64,000 nt of DNA from Eledone cirrhosa (lineage: Eukaryota): the NCBI GenBank assembly GCA_964016885.1, contig OZ024752.1, forward strand, positions 23,498,001 to 23,562,000, written 5' to 3'. This document shows, piece by piece, positions 52,801-64,000 of the stretch; position 1 is the first letter of the stretch; each line of letters starts with the position of its first letter. The notes under the pieces were generated by a model. It had not been told where the DNA came from and made no database searches. It saw only the letters and a program-made list of their open reading frames with translations. The translations under genes and the position numbers were made by a program.

Positions 52801-54571
52801 TTTACACATTTAAGACATATTAGGAGTATCATTCATTAGTCATATATACAGCTTTACACATTTAAGACATATTAGGAGTATCATTCATTAGTCATATATA
52901 CAGCTTTACACTTTTAAGACATATTAGGACTATCATTCATTAGTCATATATACAACTTTACTCATTTAAGACATATTAGGACTATCATTCATTAGTCATA
53001 TATACAGCTTTACACATTTAAGACATATTTGGAGTATCATTCATTAGTCATATATACAGCTTTACACATTTAAGACATATTAGGACTATTATTCATTAGT
53101 CATATATACAGCTTTACTCATTTAAGACATATTAGGACTATCATTCATTAGTCATATATACATCTTTACACATTTAAGACATATTAGGAGTATCATTCAT
53201 TAGTCATATATACAGCTTTACACATTTAAGACATATTAGGACTATCATTCATTAGTCATATATACAGCTTTACACATTTAAGATATATTAGGAGTATCAT
53301 TCATTAGTCATATATACAGCTTTACACATTTAAGACATATTAGGATTATCATTCATTAGTCATATATACATCTTTACACATTTAAGACATATTAGGAGTA
53401 TCATTCATTAGTCATATATACAGCTTTACACATTTAAGACATATTAGGACTATCATTCATTAGTCATATATACAGCTTTACACATTTAATATATATTAGG
53501 AGTATCATTCATTAGTCATATATACATCTTTACACATTTAAGACATATTAGGAGTATCATTCATTAGTCATATATACAGCTTTACACATTTAAGATATAT
53601 TAGGAGTATCATTCATTAGTCATATATACAGCTTTACTCATTTAAGACATATTAGGACTATCATTCATTAGTCATATATACAGCTTTACTCATTTAAGAC
53701 ATATTAGGACTATCATTCATTAGTCATATATACAGCTTTACACATTTAAGACATATTAGGACTATCATTCATTAGTCATATATACAGCTTTACAGATTTA
53801 AGACATATTAGGATTATCATTCATTAGTCATATATACAGCTTTACACATTTAACATTTATTAGGATTATCATTCATTAGTCATATATACAGCTTTACACA
53901 TTTAAGACATATTAGGAGTATCATTCATTAGTCATATATACAGCTTTACACATTTAAGACATATTAGGAGTATCATTCATTAGTCATATATACAGCTTTA
54001 CACATTTAAGACATATTAGGAGTATCATTCATTAGTCATATATACAGCTTTACTCATTTAAGACATATTAGGACTATCATTCATTAGTCATATATACAGC
54101 TTTACACATTTAAGACATATTAGGACTATCATTCATTAGTCATATATACAGCTTTACACATTTAAGACATATTAGGATTATCATTCATTAGTCATATATA
54201 CAGCTTTACACATTTAAGATTTATTAGGACTATCATTCATTAGTCATATATACAGCTTTACACATTTAAGACATATTAGGAGTATCATTCATTAGTCATA
54301 TATACAGCTTTACACATTTAAGACATATTAGGAGTATCATTCATTAGTCATATATACAGCTTTACACATTTAAGACATATTAGGAGTATCATTCATTAGT
54401 CATATATACAGCTTTACACATTTAAGACATATTAGGAGTATCATTCATTAGTCATATATACAGCTTTACACATTTAAGACATATTAGGAGTATCATTCAT
54501 TAGTCATATATACATCTTTACACATTTAAGACATATTAGGACTATCATTCATTAGTCATATATACAGCTTT
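31851..54571. repeat. 52-bp tandem satellite array, ~22.7 kb, ~437 monomers
   Basis: Consensus TAGGA(C/G)TATCATTCATTAGTCATATATACAGCTTTACACATTTAAGACATAT; uninterrupted apart from two 7-bp insertions (~33425, ~47217); no ORFs. Confidence 0.99.
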
Positions 54572-54600
54572 CCATGTTTACGACTGTCATTCGCTTTACT

Positions 54601-54710
54601 TACTGGGTGTCCCAAAAAATATACTCACATTTAGTCCTTAGTCTTGTTTCCAACTTAATAAAGAATACGTGTATTGTCATTTAAAGAGTGCATTAGAGGG
54701 ACATCTTATA
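54601..54710. mobile_element. Possible Tc1/mariner-type TIR/MITE remnant
   Basis: tactgggtgtcccaaaaa resembles TACAGGGTGTCCC-type TIRs; imperfect inverted match gggacatcttata near 54698-54710. Confidence 0.35.
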
Positions 54711-54948
54711 TTTAGGACATATATTCACAGACACTTCATTCTGGCTATAATCATTACATAATCAAATAAATATAATGCAGATAAACAGTACCTGATTGAT
54801 CTGTGTGTGTTAATTGGAATGATTTAATGATTCATTAGTGAAAGAAAAAGAAATGTCACAACATTCATGAAACGACAGATCTCCAGGGAAGCGTATATAT
54901 ATATATACACGCTTACCTGATGATCTTTCGTTTATTTATTTATTTATT

Positions 54949-55085
54949 TATTTATTATATGTACAGATTAATGTTTAAGCAAAGAATCGCTGCTTTCACC
55001 CTTTTACGGGATCTTCTGAAGATCCCGTAAAAGGGTGAAAGCAGCGATTCTTTGCTTAAACTTTAATCTGTACATATAATAAATA
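54949..55085. repeat. Palindrome with 68-bp arms, a 1-nt centre (55017) and one mismatch
   Basis: 54949-55016 is the reverse complement of 55018-55085; a single-arm copy occurs at ~28182-28237. Confidence 0.95.
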
Positions 55086-55226
55086 TTGCTCTACGGGATT
55101 TATATATATATATATATATTATATTCATATATATATATATAATCCTTATCGAGCCCTCTTCGGATTTTAGTCTTCACATTTATTATTATTACACACACAC
55201 ACACATATATATACCTTTTTGTATGC

Positions 55227-55402
<176 letters not shown>

Positions 55403-56172
55403 AAAATGTGAATTGGAAATAGCAGGAAAATATATTTAAGGGTCTGATTTTCTTTTTTTTTCCTTTCTTTGATTCGTCAAAGTGACATTATTCAAAAAAT
55501 GAAAAGGACAATTTAAAAAAAGCAACAGTTTTATGATGTATAATGTATATAAAGTACCACCGGTGTCGATGTATTATTAAAATTCATCTCATCAAATGTT
55601 AATTATTGAAATAAAAAGAATTAATAAGAATTAACAACTAAAAATTGAAGATTTATAATTATGTGTTGACATAAAGTTTTTTTCATCTTCCTTGTTGAGA
55701 AGGGGACTGGAAAAATGAACTATTGTGTATATTGAGAGAGTCATGGTAGTAATAGCAGCAGTGGTGGTTTGTGTTTTTTCACATTTTTCACATTGTTTTT
55801 AGGGACAAAAAATATATTCTGTAAATATGTATGTGTATCTCAATTGTGTTAATGATCTGGTCAAGAGTTCAGATGGGGGTGACGAAGAGGGGAGGGGTGT
55901 AAGCTAGAGACAAATTCTATGGGATTAGCAACAGTAGGGTCGTAAAAGAAATTCTATTTTTGGAATATGGTTTTAGAGAGTGTGAGAGTATATATATATA
56001 AATACACACGCACGTATGTGTGTGTGTGTGTGTTGTGCTTCAGCCTGTCTGTCACAGGTCCCTTTGTGGTGGGAAATTAACAAAAAAACAGAGCAAAGCA
56101 TCAGTGGTGGCTTTCAATCAGGATTTTTGTGAAAATATGTGTATGAGCAATTTTTTCTCTTATTTCGTGGCG

Positions 56173-56304
<132 letters not shown>

Positions 56305-56357
56305 ACACGTTAATATGCATAAGGAAAGTATATACTTTCAGACGTTCAATCATCTGG

Positions 56358-56416
56358 CAGGAAGGTATACGATGCTGACGATAGCTAATAAGCTTGAAAC
56401 TAGTACATCGTTCCTG
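56358..56416 (+). ncRNA. Minimal type I hammerhead ribozyme with intact core
   Basis: CAGGA-aggtat-ACGAUG CUGACGA U-AGCU-AAUA-AGCU-U GAAA CUAG UA CAUCGU-UCCUG: complete CUGANGA/GAAA/UH core, 6+5-bp stem I, 4-bp stem II, palindromic stem III ACUAGU; predicted cut after GUA at 56405. Confidence 0.85.
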
Positions 56417-56617
56417 TGTCAGTGTTGAACAAAAAGGCGACGATGGTTGCCGAACACTGTACGGCGTAATTCGGGCTGTTTGTTTACAAACAAACCGAAC
56501 ATTATAATAAATGTTCGGTAAACCCATACGTACATATATATATGTGTGCATGTATGTATACATATACATACTACTGTACGTCTGTATACATATATGTATG
56601 TACGTATACATACTTAC

Positions 56618-56660
<43 letters not shown>

Positions 56661-57113
56661 GTGTGTGTGTGCATTCAAAAAGGTAATTTATATCGACTAC
56701 ACCCTAGGTTTTTCACAAGTTTATGATAACAAAGCTGGTTTAATGCTGGTGTCAAACCTAACCGTTTACCCTGTTTATCACCAAACTTTCATCTGATAGT
56801 AGAACACCCAATACCTTTCTTCAGCCTTAACACCCCTCAATCCATATTTTACATTTTCATGTGTCAAATAGAGATTCTCTTGTCTTTTTAGAAACACTTC
56901 AATGACTCATGATCGTTGAGTTGCGATTTAATAAATTTTCTCATGATATATATGTAACAGAAGTTCTTGATGACTCACACTATATATAAGTTGACTTCCT
57001 GGTGACAGTAATAAAAACATGAGTAGTATACTTCGTTGTTAGCTTTATTGGTATTCTCTATCTGTTGTTTTGTTATGTAACAAAATAATATTAGTAATAC
57101 AGTTTATACAGTA

Positions 57114-58263
57114 CTAGCTGAATGACCCGGCGTTGCCCGGGTTACTGCTGTTCTTATAAACACGGAGATATATATTTTCTCTCATAATTATTTCAAAATA
57201 TCTATATTTTATTTTTTTAAATATCAAAATTGTAATGATAATAGAATTTAGAAATGAAAATCTGTCAATCTTGAAGCACCTCAAGGTAAACAATATTCAT
57301 GGTGTAATTTTTTGTTGGTATGCAAATGAATAAATTATTGCTACTTCCAGCTAGTGAGCAACCAACATAGAGTTGACCGTGGGAGAAACATGTAGTAGAG
57401 AGATCAAGTCCAACTACCTTCAGGGGTTGACCCTGAGATTTGTTAATTGAAATAACAAAACTTAGTTTGACTGGAAACTGAAGCCTTTTAAATTCAAATG
57501 GAACAGTTGTAGGTATGAGAAGAATTTTTGGAATAAAGATTTTTTTTTTCAATATTGTAAGCAAATAAGTATCAACATCCAAAACAAATATATATTTTTG
57601 TATCCAGTGAAAATTAACCAAATATAAGCAAATGTATTAACTACTAATTAAACGGTAAATGTGTATTTGTATATATCTTCCAACTACGACAATAATTATT
57701 AGATAGCGTTCTATCTATGAGAATATAAATATAAACGAACAGACCGACATACACTCACACGAACATGAACTTATAAAAAAACACACACAGACATACATTC
57801 ATACAAACACACACATAGTGTTTCACCCCCAGCATTTCGTTATGTCAGTCGTCACAGAAATGTATGTACTCACAGACACACACGCTCTCACATACACTCA
57901 CACATATACACTTGTCAGTGTGTGTGTGTTTAATTCTCTGTGTATCTGATTAAATATTTACGTGAAGATGTGTGTGTATGTTACTTACTAAGGCGTAACG
58001 TACGTAACGAACGCGCAAACACACGCACTCACAGACACATACACACTCGTATACAAAATATGTCGTCGTCGTATTATAAAATATCCGTTTACTTAGTTGT
58101 CTATAGTAGATTATTTTAGATAAAGTGTTATGTTGATGAAAATAAAAATTACATGTTAATCTAATACTAATACTTGTAAAATTTGATTTGATTTGGTCGA
58201 GCCGTTTGAGAATACATAAGGAAGAGACAGACAGAGAGACAAAGAATCTTATATAGAGAGAGA
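57114..58263 (-). mobile_element. Complete non-autonomous Helitron (1150 bp) with a helicase remnant
   Basis: 5' TC at 58263-58262, 3' CTAG at 57117-57114 preceded by the GC hairpin cccgg-gcaacg-ccggg, inserted between A and T with no TSD; PIF1-like C-terminus inside. Confidence 0.85.
57265..57545 (-). pseudogene. Helitron PIF1-like helicase C-terminal fragment
   Basis: FIPKILLIPTTVPFEFKRLQFPVKLSFVISINKSQGQPLKVVGLDL..CFSHGQLYVGCS..NIVYLEVL. Confidence 0.92.
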
Positions 58264-58439
58264 TACGCATGGGCCTGTAACTTCCGAGAGAGTCATAGGG
58301 GAGAACTATTGACATGTGACGTTTCTAGGGTATTATTAAACCTGGTGGCACTCAATCCTCTCTAGGTCTGAATACAGCAGATTTCTTCCGGGGCAGAGAG
58401 AATGGGAGAATGTATGTGAGAAAGAAATATACAGAAAGA

Positions 58440-58572
58440 ATCGATCCCAGTACTAGACTGGTACTTTTTATCGACCTCAGATGGACGAAAGGCAAAGTTA
58501 ACCTTGGTGGGATATGAACTCTGAGAGCAGAAACTCGGAATGAATACCTCAAAGCATTCTATCCTATTCGCC
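58440..58572 (-). mobile_element. Degenerate Meta-core SINE
   Basis: ctggtactttttatcgacc..acgaaaggcaaagttaaccttggtgggatatgaactc. Confidence 0.7.
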
Positions 58573-59199
58573 ATGGGCCTGTACGCTGCGTCAGAGGCTA
58601 AACAACAACAATTACTACTTAAGATATCGATGAGTAGAAAATACTTTGAAGGTCACTTGACCTGTTAGAAATAACAACTAAATGTTCTCTCAAATCACAA
58701 ACTAGCGTCTAAAAAATGGAAGATCATGTCAACTGCAGGACACTGTGAGTAGAAAAAAACTAACATGGCTACCTGGTCCTTGTTCCCTTGGAGTCAGTCC
58801 TCTCTATTAGAAATATTCGGGCCAGGTCTCTGGTTTTAGACTACTTTTCTCCCTCCTACCAGTCTCGGTGGTCCCAATAAAGGACATAGGCTCTGCCCTT
58901 TCCTCCCCGATTAAACAGTAAACAAAAAGGATTGAGGTAGGTGTGTATAATTTGAGAGGCGGTTACCTGCTGTTTATAGCAGATCAATGCTCCTATGGGA
59001 ACCATAATCACATCGACTAATAATCTCGGCTATATTATCACTATCATAAATACAACAATGATTCTTCACATCGGCACAAGATCTTCCATTTTTGTGGAGA
59101 AGGGATATAGTTGACTTAATCAACCTTAGTATATTATAGTCGTGGCTAGAATAACTTTTATAAGTCTGCTCAGTCAGAGTTGAGTTGAGGATAAGCAAC

Positions 59200-59713
59200 A
59201 TTAACAACATTTCTTCTATAGGCACATGACCAGAAATTCTAAGAGGAAGAAGCATTTGATTATATCGATCCCAGTTTATAACCCGTTCTTTGTTTTATTG
59301 ACTCTAGAAATATTTTAAGGTAAGGTTGACCTCGGCAGTATTTGAACTTAACTGTAAAGAGTCGTAACTAAATACGACAAGGCGTTTTGTCCTACGCTCT
59401 AATAATTCTGTCAAACAATAACTAGTGTATACTTTATTGTCACTCAAGCATGAAAGTCAAAATTGACCAAGATGAAATTTGAATTTTGAACGTATCCGAG
59501 CATAACTAAATTCAGCAAAAGTAGTAATAATTGTTTCTACTTTAGGCACAAGGCCATCAATTAACCAGTGCATTACTAGTACATTATTTTATCGATCCCG
59601 TAAGGATGAAAGGCAAAGTCAACCTCGGCGGGATTTGAACTCAGATTGTAAAGGGACGTAACTATGCTGGAAAGCATGGCGTCCGACCCTCTACCGATAC
59701 TGCCAATCCACCA
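59200..59713 (-). mobile_element. Meta-core SINE cluster (old copies 59200-59520, young full copy 59525-59713)
   Basis: The young copy closely matches 7885-8078. Confidence 0.8.
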
Positions 59714-60619
59714 TTGCCCACTGTGTTGATAAGAACGATTGATTTATTAGCTATAAATTCAGAATCGTTAAGTCAGTGATTTCTAATGTGAATGATAGCC
59801 ATCAGATGGTGTTGGGATGACATAAAATGACCGTTATAATAGAAAGTATTCTTAAAATTAGAACAATGTTCTCTCTGATCGAGACGAAGCGAGAGTGTAT
59901 AAGAATGAGAAAACTCGTCGCTTGGCTTTATTACTGTTGAAGTACCCTTTAATACAGAGGTGGGCATTCTGCAAATATTGAAAATGCTTTTCAATAAGAA
60001 GCAGTCACACAAAAAAAAAACCATTAAAAGATTAGTTAATTAAAAAATATTTTTTAGACTTTGTTACAGTTTTGTTTTTATAAATAATTATATTTCGTAA
60101 AAAAAAACTGAGGTTTAGGAAGACAATTATTGAATGTTAACTGGTTTCAATGTGGCATTTCACAATAATGTAACTAGTGTAACTAGCAGTCTGTAACACA
60201 CGTGCTGCCCAAAGTAAAACGCAAAACATTTGTGTTGTTATTCGGGTATTATTATCATCGATCTCGAAAGACCATGGATCTGCGCCTGGAGAATTTTGTG
60301 TCAGCTATTGATGGCGGTGCAGTGTCTGCCGTGGCTATACAGGCTCACATGGGAGTGGCAGTCCTGTATACAGCGACTACATTGGTGGATGCTCTCCTCC
60401 TGTGCTGTTCTTTTTTCGAGCACGCTTTTCCTCGGAGGCAAGTTTCAGTTTCTCCTCCCCTCACTCCACCCCCTCACCCCACCCCCTCGCCTCCATCGTG
60501 GTACATGTATGGTTATTTGGTTGGGAAGTTCACTTTGCAATTACCTGGATCTGGCTTCATATTATTGCACAGGTCCTTTTACAAATGTGTTTTACCATTG
60601 CCTCGGCTTTATGTGTTCG

Positions 60620-61000
60620 CGGTATGGCCGAATGGTTAAGAAGTTCGCTTCGCAATCGTTAGGTACCGGGTTTGATTCCACTGTGTGGAATATTGGACAA
60701 GTGTTATTTACCATAGCCTCGGGTCAATCCATGCATTGAGAGTGAAATTTGAATAGACGGAAGCTGTTTGGAATCCCGTCGGATTGTCACACACTGTTAC
60801 ACTGAATCTCCCTGGGTACCTTAAGTTTACACGTGTCTGTGGAATGCTCAGTCAGTTACACGTTAATTTCATGAGCAGGGTGTTTTGTTGATCAAACAAC
60901 TTGTGAACTCATCGTGAGAACGGACGATAATCCATTCCAGATTCGGGTTTATTGAAGGCTTGTGGGTGACATTTTTGTTGATGGAAACTGTGAATAACGA
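60620..61000 (+). mobile_element. tRNA-derived SINE of a third family (CORE-like), degenerate
   Basis: A box tggccgaatgg, B-box-like ggtttgattcc, ttggacaagtgttatttaccatagcctcggg..agacggaagctg. Confidence 0.6.
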
Positions 61001-61277
61001 CACAGACCTATGGAGAATTGAAAGAGGCGTTACAAGCGGGACATCTATCAGTTTTACCGCGCTCCCACTGCGCTAAATTCCTGTTGTATATTACCATAAG
61101 TTTAAAAAAAAATGCCCTTCTCTAGTCCCCGCCCGGCTGGCGACACTAAATAAGACAAAACAGAAACACTACTTCAAAACAACAACACCAACATTGATCA
61201 TTTTCTCAATACAATTTGTTGTGTTCTTTCTTTGTTCTTCTAATCTTTCTTTCTTTCTTTCTTTCTTTTCTTTTCCT

Positions 61278-61383
61278 TATATTCTCCTCCTCCTATTTCT
61301 TCTTCTTCTTCTTCTTCTTCTTCTTCTTCTTCTTCTTCTTCTTCTTCTTCTTCTTCTTCTTCTTCTTCTTCTTCTTCTTCTTC
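61278..61383. repeat. (TTC)n microsatellite
   Basis: Direct reading. Confidence 0.97.
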
Positions 61384-61447
61384 ATTCACTTGTTTTGAGA
61401 TGAGAACTAAAATTAAAACCAAGAACAAAAGAAAGATAGAAAGCAAA

Positions 61448-63904
61448 ACCACCACCAACACCACCAACACCAACACCAACACCACCAACACCAACACCAA
61501 CACCAACACCACCAACACCACCAACACCACCACCGTCAACACCACCACCACCACCATCAACACCACCACCACCATCAACACCACCACCACCACCATCAAC
61601 ACCACAACCACCACCATCAACACCACCACCACCACCACCATCAACACCACCACCACCATCAACACCACCACCACCACCACCATCAACACCACAACCACCA
61701 CCATCAACACCACCACCACCACCACCACCACCACCACCATCAACACCACCACCACCATCAAAACCACCACCACCACCACCACCATCACCATCAACACCAC
61801 CACCACCACCATCAACACCACCACTACCACCACCACCATCAACACCACCACCATCAACACCACCACCACCACCATCACCACCACCACCATCACCACCACC
61901 ACCACCACCACCACCACCACCATCACCACCACCACCATCAACACCACCACCATCACCATCACCACCACCACCACCACCATCAACACCACCACCACCATCA
62001 TCACCACCACCACCACCACCACCACCACCATCAACACCAAAACCACCCACCACCACCACCATCACCACCACCACCACCACCACCACCATCAACACCACCA
62101 CCACCCACCACCACCACCATCAACACCACCACCACCATCAACACCACCACCACCATCATCACCACCACCACCACCATCAACACCACCACCATCACCACCA
62201 CCATCAACACCACCATCAACACCACCACCACCACCACCACCATCAACACCACCACCATCAACACCACCACTACCACCACTACCATCAACACCACCACCAC
62301 CACTACCACCACCACCATCAACACCACCACCACCATCACCACCACCACTACCACCACCAGCAACACCACCATCAACACCACCACCACCACCATCAACACC
62401 ACCACTACCACCAGCACCATCAACACCACCACCATCAACACCACCACCACCACCACCACCACCACCACCACCACCACCACCAACACCACCACCACCATCA
62501 CCACCACCACCACCACCACCACCACCACCAACACCACCACCACCACCACCACCACCATCAACACCACCACCACCATCACCACCACCACCACCACCACCAC
62601 CATCAACACCACCACCACCACCATCAACACCACCACCACCATCAACACCACCACCACCCCACCACCATCACCACCCCACCACCATCACCACCACCACCAC
62701 CACCACCACCATCAACACCACCAGCACCCCACCACCACCACCATCATCACCACCACCACCACCATCAACACCACCACCATCACCACCGCCATCAACACCA
62801 CCATCAACACCACCACCACCACCACCACCATCAACACCACCACCATCAACACCACCACTACCACCACTACCATCAACACCACCACCACCACTACCACCAC
62901 CACCATCAACACCACCACCACCATCACCACCACCACTACCACCACCAGCAACACCACCATCAACACCACCACCACCACCATCAACACCACCACTACCACC
63001 AGCACCATCAACACCACCACCATCAACACCACCACCACCATCACCACCACCACCACCACCAACAACACCACCACCACCACCACCACCAACACCACCACCA
63101 CCACCACCACCACCATCAACACCACCACCACCATCACCACCACCACCACCACCACCACCATCAACACCACCACCACCACCATCAACACCACCACCACCAT
63201 CAACACCACCACCACCCCACCACCATCACCACCCCACCACCATCACCACCACCACCACCACCACCACCATCAACACCACCAGCACCCCACCACCACCACC
63301 ATCATCACCACCACCACCACCATCAACACCACCACCATCACCACCGCCATCAACACCACCATCAACACCACCACCACCACCACCACCATCAACACCACCA
63401 CCATCAACACCACCACTACCACCACTACCATCAACACCACCACCACCACTACCACCACCACCATCAACACCACCACCACCATCACCACCACCACTACCAC
63501 CACCAGCAACACCACCATCAACACCACCACCACCACCATCAACACCACCACTACCACCAGCACCATCAACACCACCACCATCAACACCACCACCACCATC
63601 ACCACCACCACCACCACCAACAACACCACCACCACCACCACCACCAACACCACCACCACCACCACCACCACCATCAACACCACCACCACCATCACCACCA
63701 CCACCACCACCACCACCATCAACACCACCACCACCACCATCAACACCACCACCACCATCAACACCACCACCACCCCACCACCATCACCACCCCACCACCA
63801 TCACCACCACCACCACCACCACCACCATCAACACCACCAGCACCCCACCACCACCACCATCAACACCACCACCACCACCATCAACACCCCCACCCCACCA
63901 CCAC
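61448..63904. repeat. Complex (ACC)n tract with ATC/AAC variants and a 558-bp higher-order repeat
   Basis: Marker ccagcacccc at 62721, 63279 and 63837; identical minus-strand ORFs 62712-63215 and 63270-63773. Confidence 0.95.
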
Positions 63905-64000
63905 AATAACTAATGTCCATAAATAACCAAAGATTCAATGGTGATTGCTAAGCCGGAACTGATTGATACTTCTCTCTCTCCTGCTATCCCCCTCTCTCTC

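Noticed and set aside
31851-54571. CRISPR array or telomeric repeat
   Set aside because: Monomers are contiguous with no unique spacers and there are no cas genes; TTAGG occurs once per 52-mer, not as a tandem telomere repeat
57265-57621. Host PIF1 helicase gene
   Set aside because: Only a C-terminal fragment, enclosed by Helitron termini
59773-60739. Possible host exons (ORFs 59773-60024, 60202-60639, 60230-60739)
   Set aside because: No recognisable domain, overlapping frames are equally open, and the 3' parts run into SINE sequence; a small exon cannot be excluded without RNA data
61400-63913. 837-aa Thr/Pro-rich mucin- or extensin-like CDS
   Set aside because: The ACC-rich strand lacks stop codons by composition, other frames are also open, the peptide drifts T to H to P at indels, and there is no signal peptide or domain

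Overview
This is repeat-saturated, AT-rich eukaryotic (animal) DNA, and I cannot support any host gene in it. The tRNA-derived Meta-core SINE landscape suggests a mollusc, probably a cephalopod (inference). Bases 1-31 kb are a pile-up of decayed, nested retroelements: two Tx1/L1-type LINEs tail-to-tail; a Penelope-like element (PLE) split by SINEs and by an R4/Dong-type LINE at (TAA)n tracts; a second R4/Dong-type family as a large inverted pair plus a scrambled copy; and tandem non-autonomous RTE derivatives in (ATGT)n. Bases 31851-54571 are a ~22.7 kb array of a 52-bp satellite (~437 monomers) with higher-order structure. Bases 54.6-64 kb hold a 68-bp-arm palindrome, a complete non-autonomous Helitron, SINEs and a 2.4-kb (ACC)n tract with a 558-bp higher-order repeat. 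The most interesting signal is a set of minimal type I hammerhead ribozyme motifs. One, at 56358-56416, folds cleanly inside an ORF-less island between microsatellites. Others mark PLE ends and share an unusual U-U at the base of stem II. All folds and alignments were done by eye, so element boundaries are approximate.
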